DNA from: Kiritimatiellia bacterium
GTDB lineage: Bacteria; Verrucomicrobiota; Kiritimatiellia; RFP12; UBA1067
NCBI GenBank assembly: GCA_045617985.1
Contig: JAZLJP010000052.1
Span: forward strand, 10,327 to 74,326
DNA: 64,000 nt
Direction: 5' to 3'
Below the pieces are notes generated by a model. The model had not been told where the DNA came from, ran no database searches, and saw only the letters and a list, made by a program, of their open reading frames with translations. Positions within the stretch are counted from its first letter, which is position 1; every line of letters starts with the position of its first letter. The position numbers and the translations under genes are program-made. Below, piece by piece: positions 1 through 8,333 of this stretch.

Positions 1-1661
1 TAGCGCGGCGCACTCTCCACGCACCACCAGAGGTTACTGCGCCATTCAATCTGCGCGCCGTTCTTGATTCCCGTGTAGCGCGTGCCAAACGCATCGCCCG
101 CCTGCCAATAGAGGATGTTGTTCTCAACCTTCATCGAAAGGTGCGATTCGACCCTCGTCACCGCCACCTGGCACTGCCGCGAGAAGCCGAAGATGTTGTT
201 CCGAACGACATTGGCGCGGCCGTAGTGTTGATGCAAAGAAGCGTCCATCGTATCATACACGAGATTGTTCTCAACGGTCAATCCCTCGCTTCCTTCGTCG
301 GGATAGATGCCCCAACCGCCGTAGGAGTAGGAATCGATATCGGAAATCACGTTGTTGAAGAGCCGCGTGCCGAAACTCGTACCAAGCGTATAGATCCCCC
401 CCATATCGGAGAGAGCGCGCTGGCCGATTTTGCGAATGCGGTTGAAGCCGATCTGGTTGCGCTGCGCAACCGACCCCGCATACCCCCACACCCAACCGAC
501 GGAAATGCCGGTGTAGTAAAAATCCTCGATCGTGTTCTTCACCACGGTGTTGTCCGACGCATGCGCGATGATCACGCCCACGCCCGATTCCGTGTGGCGT
601 CCCCCGCACCGGAAGACGCAGTTTGTCACGAGGTTGAACGATGTCGCAGCCGGCGGTTGCACCACCGCGCCCGACGCGCCCGGGTTCGTAAAGGGGCCGA
701 TTTTCATGCCCCCCGCGCCGAGATCGTCGAACAGGCAGCTCTCCACACGGTTGCTCGCGCAATCCGCTTCGAGATGCATCCCGTAGGCACCGATGTGGCG
801 AAAGGCACAATTACGGAAGACGATTCGCCGCGCATGGTTCACCTTCACCGCTGCCGGCGTCGTCACCGCCGCCTGATAGGCGTCATACGAAGACGGCCCC
901 ATTTGCTCGGAAGGCGTTGAGTGGGCAAAGGTCACGTTCTCGAACGTCACGTCCTCTGCGCCGTCGATTACGACAAGTGTTTCAAAACCCTGCCGCGGCG
1001 CAATCGCCTCAAGCCAGTCGAGGCGTTCACCGGGTAACGGGCGGTACAGCACCTCGCCCGCCACGCCGTCGTAAAACCATTCGCCCGGCGCATCGAAAGC
1101 GCTACGCAGATTTTCGAAATAGAATTGTTCCTGCGCGTCGAGCTTGCCGGCGGCTACGCCGGCAATGCTCACACGACTCGACGACGCTTTGAATGCCGTG
1201 AGCGGGCGCCGATACAGATCCCATTTCACATGCGCGACGAGATGGACGAACGGGAGGTCCGCCTCCGGCACCTGTGCGAGAAGCGCCGCCTCAGCCGGCA
1301 ACACCCCCACGCCACAGGAGCCATTCTCCTCGCTTGCGATGTCACGCGCCTGGAAGAACCCCGCGTTCGGCGCGCGCGCACGCACGGCACGACGTCCGTT
1401 CACGAACAACGCCTCGAAATAGAACGGCGCGCGTGCCACCCACACGCCGTCCTCGCGCGCAGTCCATCCCGTGATCGGCACGCCCCCCGAAAGAACGGTT
1501 GTACCATCTGCCGCGCCGACGAACCGCGTGCCCGAATCGGCAGCCGTGAGTGTCAGCGCAAGCGGAAGACTCGTCATCCCCGGCGCCAATTCCACCGTTC
1601 GCGCAAGGGCGCCCGCAACCGTCACGCTCCCCGCAAAAAGAACTGCCAACATCCGGCCCAT
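1..1661 (-). CDS. Secreted right-handed parallel beta-helix protein (putative glycan-active enzyme); 3' end runs off the window
   Basis: Manual translation from ATG at 1661: MGRMLAVLFAGSVTVAGALA...FYFEALFVNGRRAVRARAPN...ENLRSAFDAPGEWFYD...HQHYGRANVVRNNIFG. Same motifs as 33156-35273. Missing from the ORF track because no stop lies inside the window. Confidence 0.85.
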   Translation of the reverse strand, partial: MGRMLAVLFAGSVTVAGALARTVELAPGMTSLPLALTLTAADSGTRFVGAADGTTVLSGGVPITGWTAREDGVWVARAPFYFEALFVNGRRAVRARAPNAGFFQARDIASEENGSCGVGVLPAEAALLAQVPEADLPFVHLVAHVKWDLYRRPLTAFKASSSRVSIAGVAAGKLDAQEQFYFENLRSAFDAPGEWFYDGVAGEVLYRPLPGERLDWLEAIAPRQGFETLVVIDGAEDVTFENVTFAHSTPSEQMGPSSYDAYQAAVTTPAAVKVNHARRIVFRNCAFRHIGAYGMHLEADCASNRVESCLFDDLGAGGMKIGPFTNPGASGAVVQPPAATSFNLVTNCVFRCGGRHTESGVGVIIAHASDNTVVKNTIEDFYYTGISVGWVWGYAGSVAQRNQIGFNRIRKIGQRALSDMGGIYTLGTSFGTRLFNNVISDIDSYSYGGWGIYPDEGSEGLTVENNLVYDTMDASLHQHYGRANVVRNNIFGFSRQCQVAVTRVESHLSMKVENNILYWQAGDAFGTRYTGIKNGAQIEWRSNLWWCVESAPR

Positions 1662-1664
1662 GGC

Positions 1665-4600
1665 TTAACGAATCAGAATCAGCACGCCCCCACGCAGATA
1701 GAGTCCCGTTCCCTCGACAAAGAGGGATTTCGGGGTGGCCGTCAACGGCGTGAACTTCAGCTGAGTGAGGTTCGCGGGCGGCGTTGCGGCATCCCAAGCA
1801 ACCACACAAGTGCCGGATTTCGGCTCGGGATCATGGGGAAGTTCAACGTTGTATACCGAGCCGGCCACCGTTCCAAGCGGCAGCCAGGTCCACGGCAGCT
1901 CGCTCACCGCGCTGAGATTGAGCGTTGCGCCATTCACAAGCGTGAGATTGTGCACGTAGGCCGAAGCCGGCGTGTAGCGCCCGGAAATGAAGAGCTGATG
2001 CGTTCCGGCCTTGCTGGATCCGGCGACAAGGTTCGCGCTGACGGCGAAATCGCGCACCGTGATATCGCCATCGAGATACAGGCAGGCGCCGCAGATGATA
2101 TCCGCCTCCTTCCACACCATCGCCTGCCCCGAAGGACGGAACCAGCCGCCCGTGACGATGTTGATCGTGCCGTTGGTGAAGGCGTAGTCCTTGCAGGCGA
2201 AGTAGTTGCCGCTTCCACTTCCAAGATCGACAGTCAGCGTATGCCCACCGAGATTGCCGTAATACGGCGGCTTGTTGAAGAGTAGATGATTGCCGCTGCC
2301 GGGTACGACGATCTTCGAATCGGCCGTCAACGTCACCGCGCCGATGGCACCGTTGTTGTAAGAACTCATGCCGGCACCCTTGTTGACGAGCGACGAAGTA
2401 AGCGTGCCGCCATTGAGAATCACATGGTGCTGCGCGACTTCGTAAACGCTCCGCACGTCGAAGGTGCCATTGGAATTGACGGTCATGGTCGTTCCTCCTG
2501 CGCCGAAATCATGATAGTAGCACAGGGCATAATTCGTCGCGGTTGTATCGTTATAGGCCTGAAGCGTGCCACCATTGATCACCGTGCCACCCGTATAGGT
2601 GTTTTTGCCGAGCACCGTGAACGTTCCCTCGCCGTCCTTCACCAACTTGAGCGAACCCGTGAGCACGAAGTAGTTGCCGTAGTTGCGATCGGTGCTCATG
2701 CTCTTGCCTGCGGGCAGGAAAACGTGCAACTCTCCGCCCGCCCCCGTGGGGAGCGTATCGGTGATCGACACCCCGGAACCGAAATAAGTGTAGATTTTGG
2801 GATAGATCGTAAGGTTGTGGCCACGAAGGTCGATGCACTGCGCCGAAACGAATTCCGGCAGTCCCGCCCAGTCGCAGTCGTTCGTCAGCGCCACGCTGCC
2901 GATGGTCAGAGAGGCGCAGCTGAAGAGCGTCCCCGTGGGGGCGTTGAAGGCGATGTCGCCGTCGAGCGTGACGGCCGTCGCCGTACCCGGGCGGCCATTG
3001 GGAATCACGTTCCCGTTCGCGTCGCGGCACTCCCAGTTCGCCCGGTTCATCACATCGCCGTCGTTTGCCGCACCCGTCCACACGGCCGTCTTGGCGACCT
3101 TTTCAAGGTAGACGCCGTCTTCGCGCCGATCCAGCATGTAGGTCGCCGCCGCCTCTCCGGCGAGTACGAACTGCGAACTCTCCGACACAGGCGCGGAGAA
3201 ATCGACCACCTTCAAGCCAAGGGACAGATCCTCGCGTCCATCCAAGAGCACATTGATGCGCGCATTCGCGGCGAAAGCAACGGTGTTGGCCCCCGTTGTA
3301 AAGGCGCCGTGCGTAGACCAGGTACCGATGCGCGTACTCAAATCGAGCGTGGCACCGTTCTGCAGGGTGCAGCCGTAGTAGTAGTCGGTCTTCGGCGTGA
3401 AGCGCCCGAATACGTTCAACGCGGCGGTGCCGTTGTTCTGGTCGCGGTCACAATTCGCGTAATAGTCCATCACATCCGTTGCGGCCGCCACCTTCAGCGC
3501 GCTTGAAAGACGCAAGTTCGCCGCCCGCAAATTGTTCCCCGTCTCGAGAGCGAGCCAGTTGCCCTGCCCCTCAACGGCCAACGTGCCGTTGGTCACCGCC
3601 GTCTTCTGCAATTGGAACGACTTCCCCGTCACGCCTTCACCGAAGGCGATCGTGAGTGCATGGTTGTTCAGCTGGATGTTGCCCACCGTATCGGCGCCGC
3701 CGAAATAAATCGTTGCCAAAAGATCGATGCGGGCGTCACCAGTCAGCGCAAGCGTTCCCCACCCGCCATAGGTGTTGATCTTGTTCATGTCGTTGACGGA
3801 CGACTTGAACGAGGCGCCTTCCTCCAACCCCAGCCGATAGGTGGCCATCGACACATTGCCGTTCGTTTCGAAGACGGCATTCGTGCCCACGAGAATCTGC
3901 GTTCCCGCAGGTGTCGTGCCAAATGTCTTCATCGCCCACGGCGAGTACTGCGTCGCATTCGAGCTGGGGCTGGGCGGGATGGACACCAGGCCTGCGGCAA
4001 TGTAGGTGCCGCCCCGATAGGCCTGTGCACGAGATGAACAGTAGTGCCCCGCGCCCTCCTTCACGAACTTGAGCTTGCCGGCGAGGGCCACCGTCGTATT
4101 GGTCAGGACCACACCCTCGGCAAGATCGAGATGGAATTCGCCGCCGCCGATGGTGTCGGTAATTGTCGAAGTCGTCGTACCCTTGAGATCGGCCATGTAG
4201 AAACGATGTCCGGCAACTTCGATCGTCACGTCGGCGGGAATCGCCACCGAGCCGAGAGCGCGCCAATCGCAATCGGCATCAAGCGAAATGGTGCCCACGA
4301 GCGAGAGCGCCTTATGCACAAGCGTCTGCCCAGGTGGACAGGTGAAGGTCGTGGTGCCGGAAATGACCACCGTATGTTCTGCCGTCGGCGCGATGCCGGG
4401 CAGGTCATCGCCGTTTGCGTCCGTACAGGACCAGTTCGCAGGATCGTTCACGTTCGTATGGTCGCCGTCTCCCGTCCACACCGCCGTCAAAGGTTGCGCC
4501 GCACGGAACAACCCTTCTTCGACCGTCACGCCGGGTACGTTCGGCTGTTCGCAGGTGAAGACGAGCCGTCCCTTGCCCGTCTTAATGATGTTGCTCGCTG

Positions 4601-6233
4601 CGGACAGCGGAGCCGAAATTTTCACCGTCTCACCTTCGGCAACGAAGATCGTCGGCTCCGAAAGCGTCAATGTCGCCGTACCCGAGATAGCAACCGACTT
4701 GGTGAAGAAGAGGCGTCCGACCGTCGTCGCCGCATCGACGGACACCTCGCCGACCATGGAAAACGCCGCCGGGTTGCCGTCAGCCCACGCCGCCTCGGCA
4801 TCCTGATCCAGCGTCCACGCGCCCGCCTGGTTCCACGCGCCGCTTGCCGCCGTGCGCCGATAGACGAAATCGCTCTCGTCGATCCACGCCTTCCCGTTCG
4901 TCCACTTCGCCTGCAGATAATCCTGCACGACCGACCGCGAAAAACTTTCGATCGCCGACGTGCAGACGATGATTTCCGACAGGGCTCGGCCGCCGCTCCG
5001 CGCCGTGAGCGTGCGGTCGGTCGTCAGGCGGTTCGCCCGCGCATTGGCGCGCAGCGACATCGTATACTGGTGAAGGCCGAGCGGCCATTCGTCGCTGTAC
5101 GACACCGGCTCGCTATCGGTGTAGATCTTCGTCTCCCCGTTGATGAGGCCATAGGACGCCGTGCCGTAAACGCCCGACAGGCAGTGGAAATCATAGATCT
5201 CGCCTCCCACATAGCCGAGCCAGAACAAGACGTCTGGCTTAATGTCCATGGCCCAGAAGACCGTGCGGATCGTAGTGATGGCCGGGAAGGCAAGGTCGAT
5301 CTTCGACCCGGCGGCTCCCATCTGAAGAACGGGCACATCGTTCTGCCAGCCGAACGTGCCCTTATTGCTCCCCGCCGGCACCGTGCCGTCGTACGTTACG
5401 CCGCCGCTGCCGAGGTTCTTCCAGCCCGTCACGGCGTTGCCGGCATCGAAGGTGAAATAATCCCGGCGCGACGCATCGTAGCGCAGCACCGCGTTCGTGA
5501 GCACCGTTTCAAGGGCGATCTTGCGCCACTTGGCAATCAGATGGTTCGTCACGAGCTCGCGCTCGGCATCCCCGAGCTCCGAAGGAAAGAGGATCACTTC
5601 CGAGAGCTGCCGGCCCGACACCCGCTCGCCGCCAGCCGCGCTCTTGTTGCGATCGCGCGAAAGCGAATCGGAACAGCACCCCTGCGTTGTCGTGAAACAG
5701 ATGATCTGGAAACCGTCGGCCGGGATCGCTTCTGTACTGAAATCGACCACCTGCCGCAAACCGTTCCACACCTTCCTGATCTTGGCGTAGGCCGTTGCGA
5801 AATAGGCCGCCCCGCCACGGTGGAAGTTGTACGCACCCTTTCCGGCATTCGCGTCGCCCAACAGGAACGCACCGCCATTCGCCTCGATCTTGATGACCTC
5901 GAAGACCGTGCGGATGTTGGTGAAACGCGTGTAGGTCATGTCCTTGCCATTGCCATACGCGCCGAAGTCCACGGTGGGCATTCCCCAAGACGAAGGCGCA
6001 TACACGGGCTTGAGCGTCGCACTCACCGCATTCGCCGTCCGCCCGTCCCCGGCCTTCGACTTCCACGAAGCGAGATTGCCGTTCTCGTCCTTGGACATCG
6101 TCGTTTCATCGGCGGCATCCAACCAGAACATGGCATTCTGCGAGATGTAATTCACCGCGTCGTCTTCTGCGCGCACCGAGGCGGCAGAAACCAGCGCAAT
6201 CAAAGCGAAACAAACGAACCGAATCATTTTCAT
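1665..6233 (-). CDS. Large (~1520 aa) secreted surface protein: 2 LamG-like jelly-roll domains, 3 autotransporter-associated beta-strand repeats, 2 tandem ~470-aa modules, C-terminus GGVLILIR
   Basis: ORF 1665-6281; start moved to 6233 (MKMIRFVCFALIALVSAASVRA signal peptide, AAGGA RBS at 6241-6245). Repeats such as LKLVKDGEGTFTVLGKNTYTGGTVINGGTL. Duplicated FWLDA/LRYDA...IRTVF...LSEVI...AKW domains. Confidence 0.85.
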   Translation of the reverse strand: MKMIRFVCFALIALVSAASVRAEDDAVNYISQNAMFWLDAADETTMSKDENGNLASWKSKAGDGRTANAVSATLKPVYAPSSWGMPTVDFGAYGNGKDMTYTRFTNIRTVFEVIKIEANGGAFLLGDANAGKGAYNFHRGGAAYFATAYAKIRKVWNGLRQVVDFSTEAIPADGFQIICFTTTQGCCSDSLSRDRNKSAAGGERVSGRQLSEVILFPSELGDAERELVTNHLIAKWRKIALETVLTNAVLRYDASRRDYFTFDAGNAVTGWKNLGSGGVTYDGTVPAGSNKGTFGWQNDVPVLQMGAAGSKIDLAFPAITTIRTVFWAMDIKPDVLFWLGYVGGEIYDFHCLSGVYGTASYGLINGETKIYTDSEPVSYSDEWPLGLHQYTMSLRANARANRLTTDRTLTARSGGRALSEIIVCTSAIESFSRSVVQDYLQAKWTNGKAWIDESDFVYRRTAASGAWNQAGAWTLDQDAEAAWADGNPAAFSMVGEVSVDAATTVGRLFFTKSVAISGTATLTLSEPTIFVAEGETVKISAPLSAASNIIKTGKGRLVFTCEQPNVPGVTVEEGLFRAAQPLTAVWTGDGDHTNVNDPANWSCTDANGDDLPGIAPTAEHTVVISGTTTFTCPPGQTLVHKALSLVGTISLDADCDWRALGSVAIPADVTIEVAGHRFYMADLKGTTTSTITDTIGGGEFHLDLAEGVVLTNTTVALAGKLKFVKEGAGHYCSSRAQAYRGGTYIAAGLVSIPPSPSSNATQYSPWAMKTFGTTPAGTQILVGTNAVFETNGNVSMATYRLGLEEGASFKSSVNDMNKINTYGGWGTLALTGDARIDLLATIYFGGADTVGNIQLNNHALTIAFGEGVTGKSFQLQKTAVTNGTLAVEGQGNWLALETGNNLRAANLRLSSALKVAAATDVMDYYANCDRDQNNGTAALNVFGRFTPKTDYYYGCTLQNGATLDLSTRIGTWSTHGAFTTGANTVAFAANARINVLLDGREDLSLGLKVVDFSAPVSESSQFVLAGEAAATYMLDRREDGVYLEKVAKTAVWTGAANDGDVMNRANWECRDANGNVIPNGRPGTATAVTLDGDIAFNAPTGTLFSCASLTIGSVALTNDCDWAGLPEFVSAQCIDLRGHNLTIYPKIYTYFGSGVSITDTLPTGAGGELHVFLPAGKSMSTDRNYGNYFVLTGSLKLVKDGEGTFTVLGKNTYTGGTVINGGTLQAYNDTTATNYALCYYHDFGAGGTTMTVNSNGTFDVRSVYEVAQHHVILNGGTLTSSLVNKGAGMSSYNNGAIGAVTLTADSKIVVPGSGNHLLFNKPPYYGNLGGHTLTVDLGSGSGNYFACKDYAFTNGTINIVTGGWFRPSGQAMVWKEADIICGACLYLDGDITVRDFAVSANLVAGSSKAGTHQLFISGRYTPASAYVHNLTLVNGATLNLSAVSELPWTWLPLGTVAGSVYNVELPHDPEPKSGTCVVAWDAATPPANLTQLKFTPLTATPKSLFVEGTGLYLRGGVLILIR

Positions 6234-6296
6234 TTTGATTTCCTTGATAAAAAGTTCCACCAACGCCCTGTCGTTCATCACAAACAGGCGGAGTTA

Positions 6297-6325
6297 ATTA
6301 TAGCAAACACCCCAAAGGCACACAA
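6297..6325 (-). promoter_or_regulatory. Putative sigma70-type promoter for the large surface protein
   Basis: Minus strand reads TTGTGT-17 bp-TATAAT with extended -10 TG. Confidence 0.6.
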
Positions 6326-6334
6326 GGCAGAATT

Positions 6335-6392
6335 TGCCTGGAGTTTGCCCATTTTTCAGCCTCCTGCGCGCCGAGCGCCCCCGCGCCGTGCG
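6335..6392 (-). repeat. Copy A of a conserved ~58-bp intergenic element (candidate structured RNA or operator)
   Basis: 48/59 identical to 23491-23549 by manual alignment; all 10 substitutions are transitions. Confidence 0.75.
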
Positions 6393-6437
6393 TGCGGAGG
6401 CTCGCGCGGCTTCGGGGCCAACCGTACGCCGCACCAG

Positions 6438-7241
6438 CTAGCCTTTCTTCTCTCTTGCTCCGAGGCCTAGGGCGTTTTGCAGGCGCACGATGAGCGTATT
6501 GGGAACGAGGGCGAAAACGAGGGCTTTGAGCGTTTCTTTGAGGCGTGTTCGGAAAGGCGGAAGACCGCGCTTTTCAAAGTCGATTTCAAGATTGTTCGCG
6601 CGGCAGACGGCAACGCCGAAGCGCTCCCAGCAGCCCTTGTGAACCGCATCGACGAACGGGAATTCGCGTTGCGCGGTCGCGAGGATCGGGCGCGCCTCGT
6701 CGCCGACGGCAAAGGACCCGTACCGCTCGAACTCCCAGATGCTCGAAACGGGTCTCGCAAGACACCGCAGGAACCCACGCTCCCAAAATCCCGCGAGCGT
6801 GGAAATGCAATAGGCCGTGTTCTTCGGATATTCCATGAGTCCGTTCGCACGCGCAAGACCATGCTTGGGATTGGGAATCAACCGCAAATTGACGGCATTC
6901 GCGGCCTTCATCTCCGCAAGCCGTGCAAGAAGGTGCGCGGTCTCGACAGGGGCTTCGAGAAAATAGTCGTCGCACAACATGAAGACGTAGGGCGTTTTGA
7001 TCTCATCAAGCGCCTTCACGAGGCGCGAGGCCCAGTTCATCCCGGCGCCGCAGGCGATCACGCGATCGAACGCGGGGCGTTCCGCCTCCGCCTCGCCGGC
7101 GATTTCGGGCACGTGTTCCGTCACGAGCACCGTTTCAAACGGACAATCCGGCCAGAACTTCCGCTTGAGCGCGGCAAACGGCGCAAGCAGATCCCGATAC
7201 GCATCGCAAGACGCCACAAGGACCGTACAGTCGCCGTTCAT
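6438..7241 (-). CDS. Putative GT-A-fold glycosyltransferase-like protein
   Basis: VLVASCDAY...WASRL...YVFMLCDDYFL (DxD-like) motifs typical of GT2-like hypothetical proteins. Confidence 0.6.
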   Translation of the reverse strand: MNGDCTVLVASCDAYRDLLAPFAALKRKFWPDCPFETVLVTEHVPEIAGEAEAERPAFDRVIACGAGMNWASRLVKALDEIKTPYVFMLCDDYFLEAPVETAHLLARLAEMKAANAVNLRLIPNPKHGLARANGLMEYPKNTAYCISTLAGFWERGFLRCLARPVSSIWEFERYGSFAVGDEARPILATAQREFPFVDAVHKGCWERFGVAVCRANNLEIDFEKRGLPPFRTRLKETLKALVFALVPNTLIVRLQNALGLGAREKKG

Positions 7242-7253
7242 CGCCTTTCCCCC

Positions 7254-8333
7254 TTACACACCGATGATGTAGCACACAACGGCGATCAATCCGTCGAAGA
7301 CGGCAATCGCGATGATTCCGCCCACCACGGCATTCGTAGCCGCCACGCCCACGCCGTCCGCCGTGTTGCGCGTACGCATGCCGCAGGAACAGCCGATAAG
7401 CCCCACGAGGAAACCGAAGAGCACCGACTTCGAAAGGCCGAGCACGATGATGAACACGGTCGAGACCTTCGCCACATGGCTCCAGTAGACGACGGTTGGC
7501 ACATTCATGAGCTGCAGAACGATGGCGCCGCCGATCAACCCGGCGAACTCGGAGAAGATGGTCAGGACCGGCATCGCAAGCGCCACCGCCACCACGCGCG
7601 GCAGCACGAGGAACCGAACCGGCGGAAGCCCGAACGTGGTGAGCGCATCAAGCTCTTCATCCACTTTCATCGTGCCGATTTCAGCGGCGAAGGCGCTTCC
7701 CGAACGGCCCGCGAGAATGATCGCCGTCACCAAGGGGCCGAGTTCGCGGAAGAGGCCGATGGCAATCAGATCGGCCACATACACTTCCACGCCGAACGTG
7801 CGGAGCGAAGCCGCCGATTCAAAGGCGAGAATGAGGCCGAGAAGGAACCCGATCAACACCGTAATCGGCACGCCGTCGAAACCGGCCCGCTCAAACGCGA
7901 GCGCAAAATCCTTGAACCGGAACCGCCGCGGATGAAACAGCATCCCGCAGGCATCGACAACGGTCTCGCCGAGGAACGCGCAATTCGAATGGAAATCGGA
8001 AAAAAACGTACACGCCGCCCGCCCAACCGTTTCAAAGAGGCCCGCCCGTACCCGGCGCGGCCCCGATGTCACATCGTAGCTCGCAAAATCATAGCGCGCG
8101 CGAATGGGTTCGATCAAGCCATGCGGATCAACGGCTTTCAGCGAGAGGCCACTCGCCACGGCCTGACGGTCAAGTTGCAAGAGCAACGCTTCGAAGGCCG
8201 CTGAGGACGTCGTGAGTTCCGAAATGTCAAGGACAACCGTATCGCCTTTCTTCAGGCGCCGGACCTTGCGGACCTCTCGCCAGGCAAGGGCGATTTCATC
8301 CGCACTGCCCCCTTTCAGCACAATCGGCTTCAT
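7254..8333 (-). CDS. mlaE: MlaE-family ABC permease with N-terminal STAS-like domain
   Basis: RELGPLVTAIILAGRSGSAFAAEIGTMKVDEELDAL signature; N-terminal VVLDISELT..SSAA STAS-like segment. Confidence 0.9.
   Translation of the reverse strand: MKPIVLKGGSADEIALAWREVRKVRRLKKGDTVVLDISELTTSSAAFEALLLQLDRQAVASGLSLKAVDPHGLIEPIRARYDFASYDVTSGPRRVRAGLFETVGRAACTFFSDFHSNCAFLGETVVDACGMLFHPRRFRFKDFALAFERAGFDGVPITVLIGFLLGLILAFESAASLRTFGVEVYVADLIAIGLFRELGPLVTAIILAGRSGSAFAAEIGTMKVDEELDALTTFGLPPVRFLVLPRVVAVALAMPVLTIFSEFAGLIGGAIVLQLMNVPTVVYWSHVAKVSTVFIIVLGLSKSVLFGFLVGLIGCSCGMRTRNTADGVGVAATNAVVGGIIAIAVFDGLIAVVCYIIGV

Noticed and set aside
1665-2500. Classical autotransporter beta-barrel at the C-terminus of the giant protein
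   Set aside because: The C-terminal region is the second passenger-like module and ends in Arg, not the aromatic residue of a barrel beta-signal.
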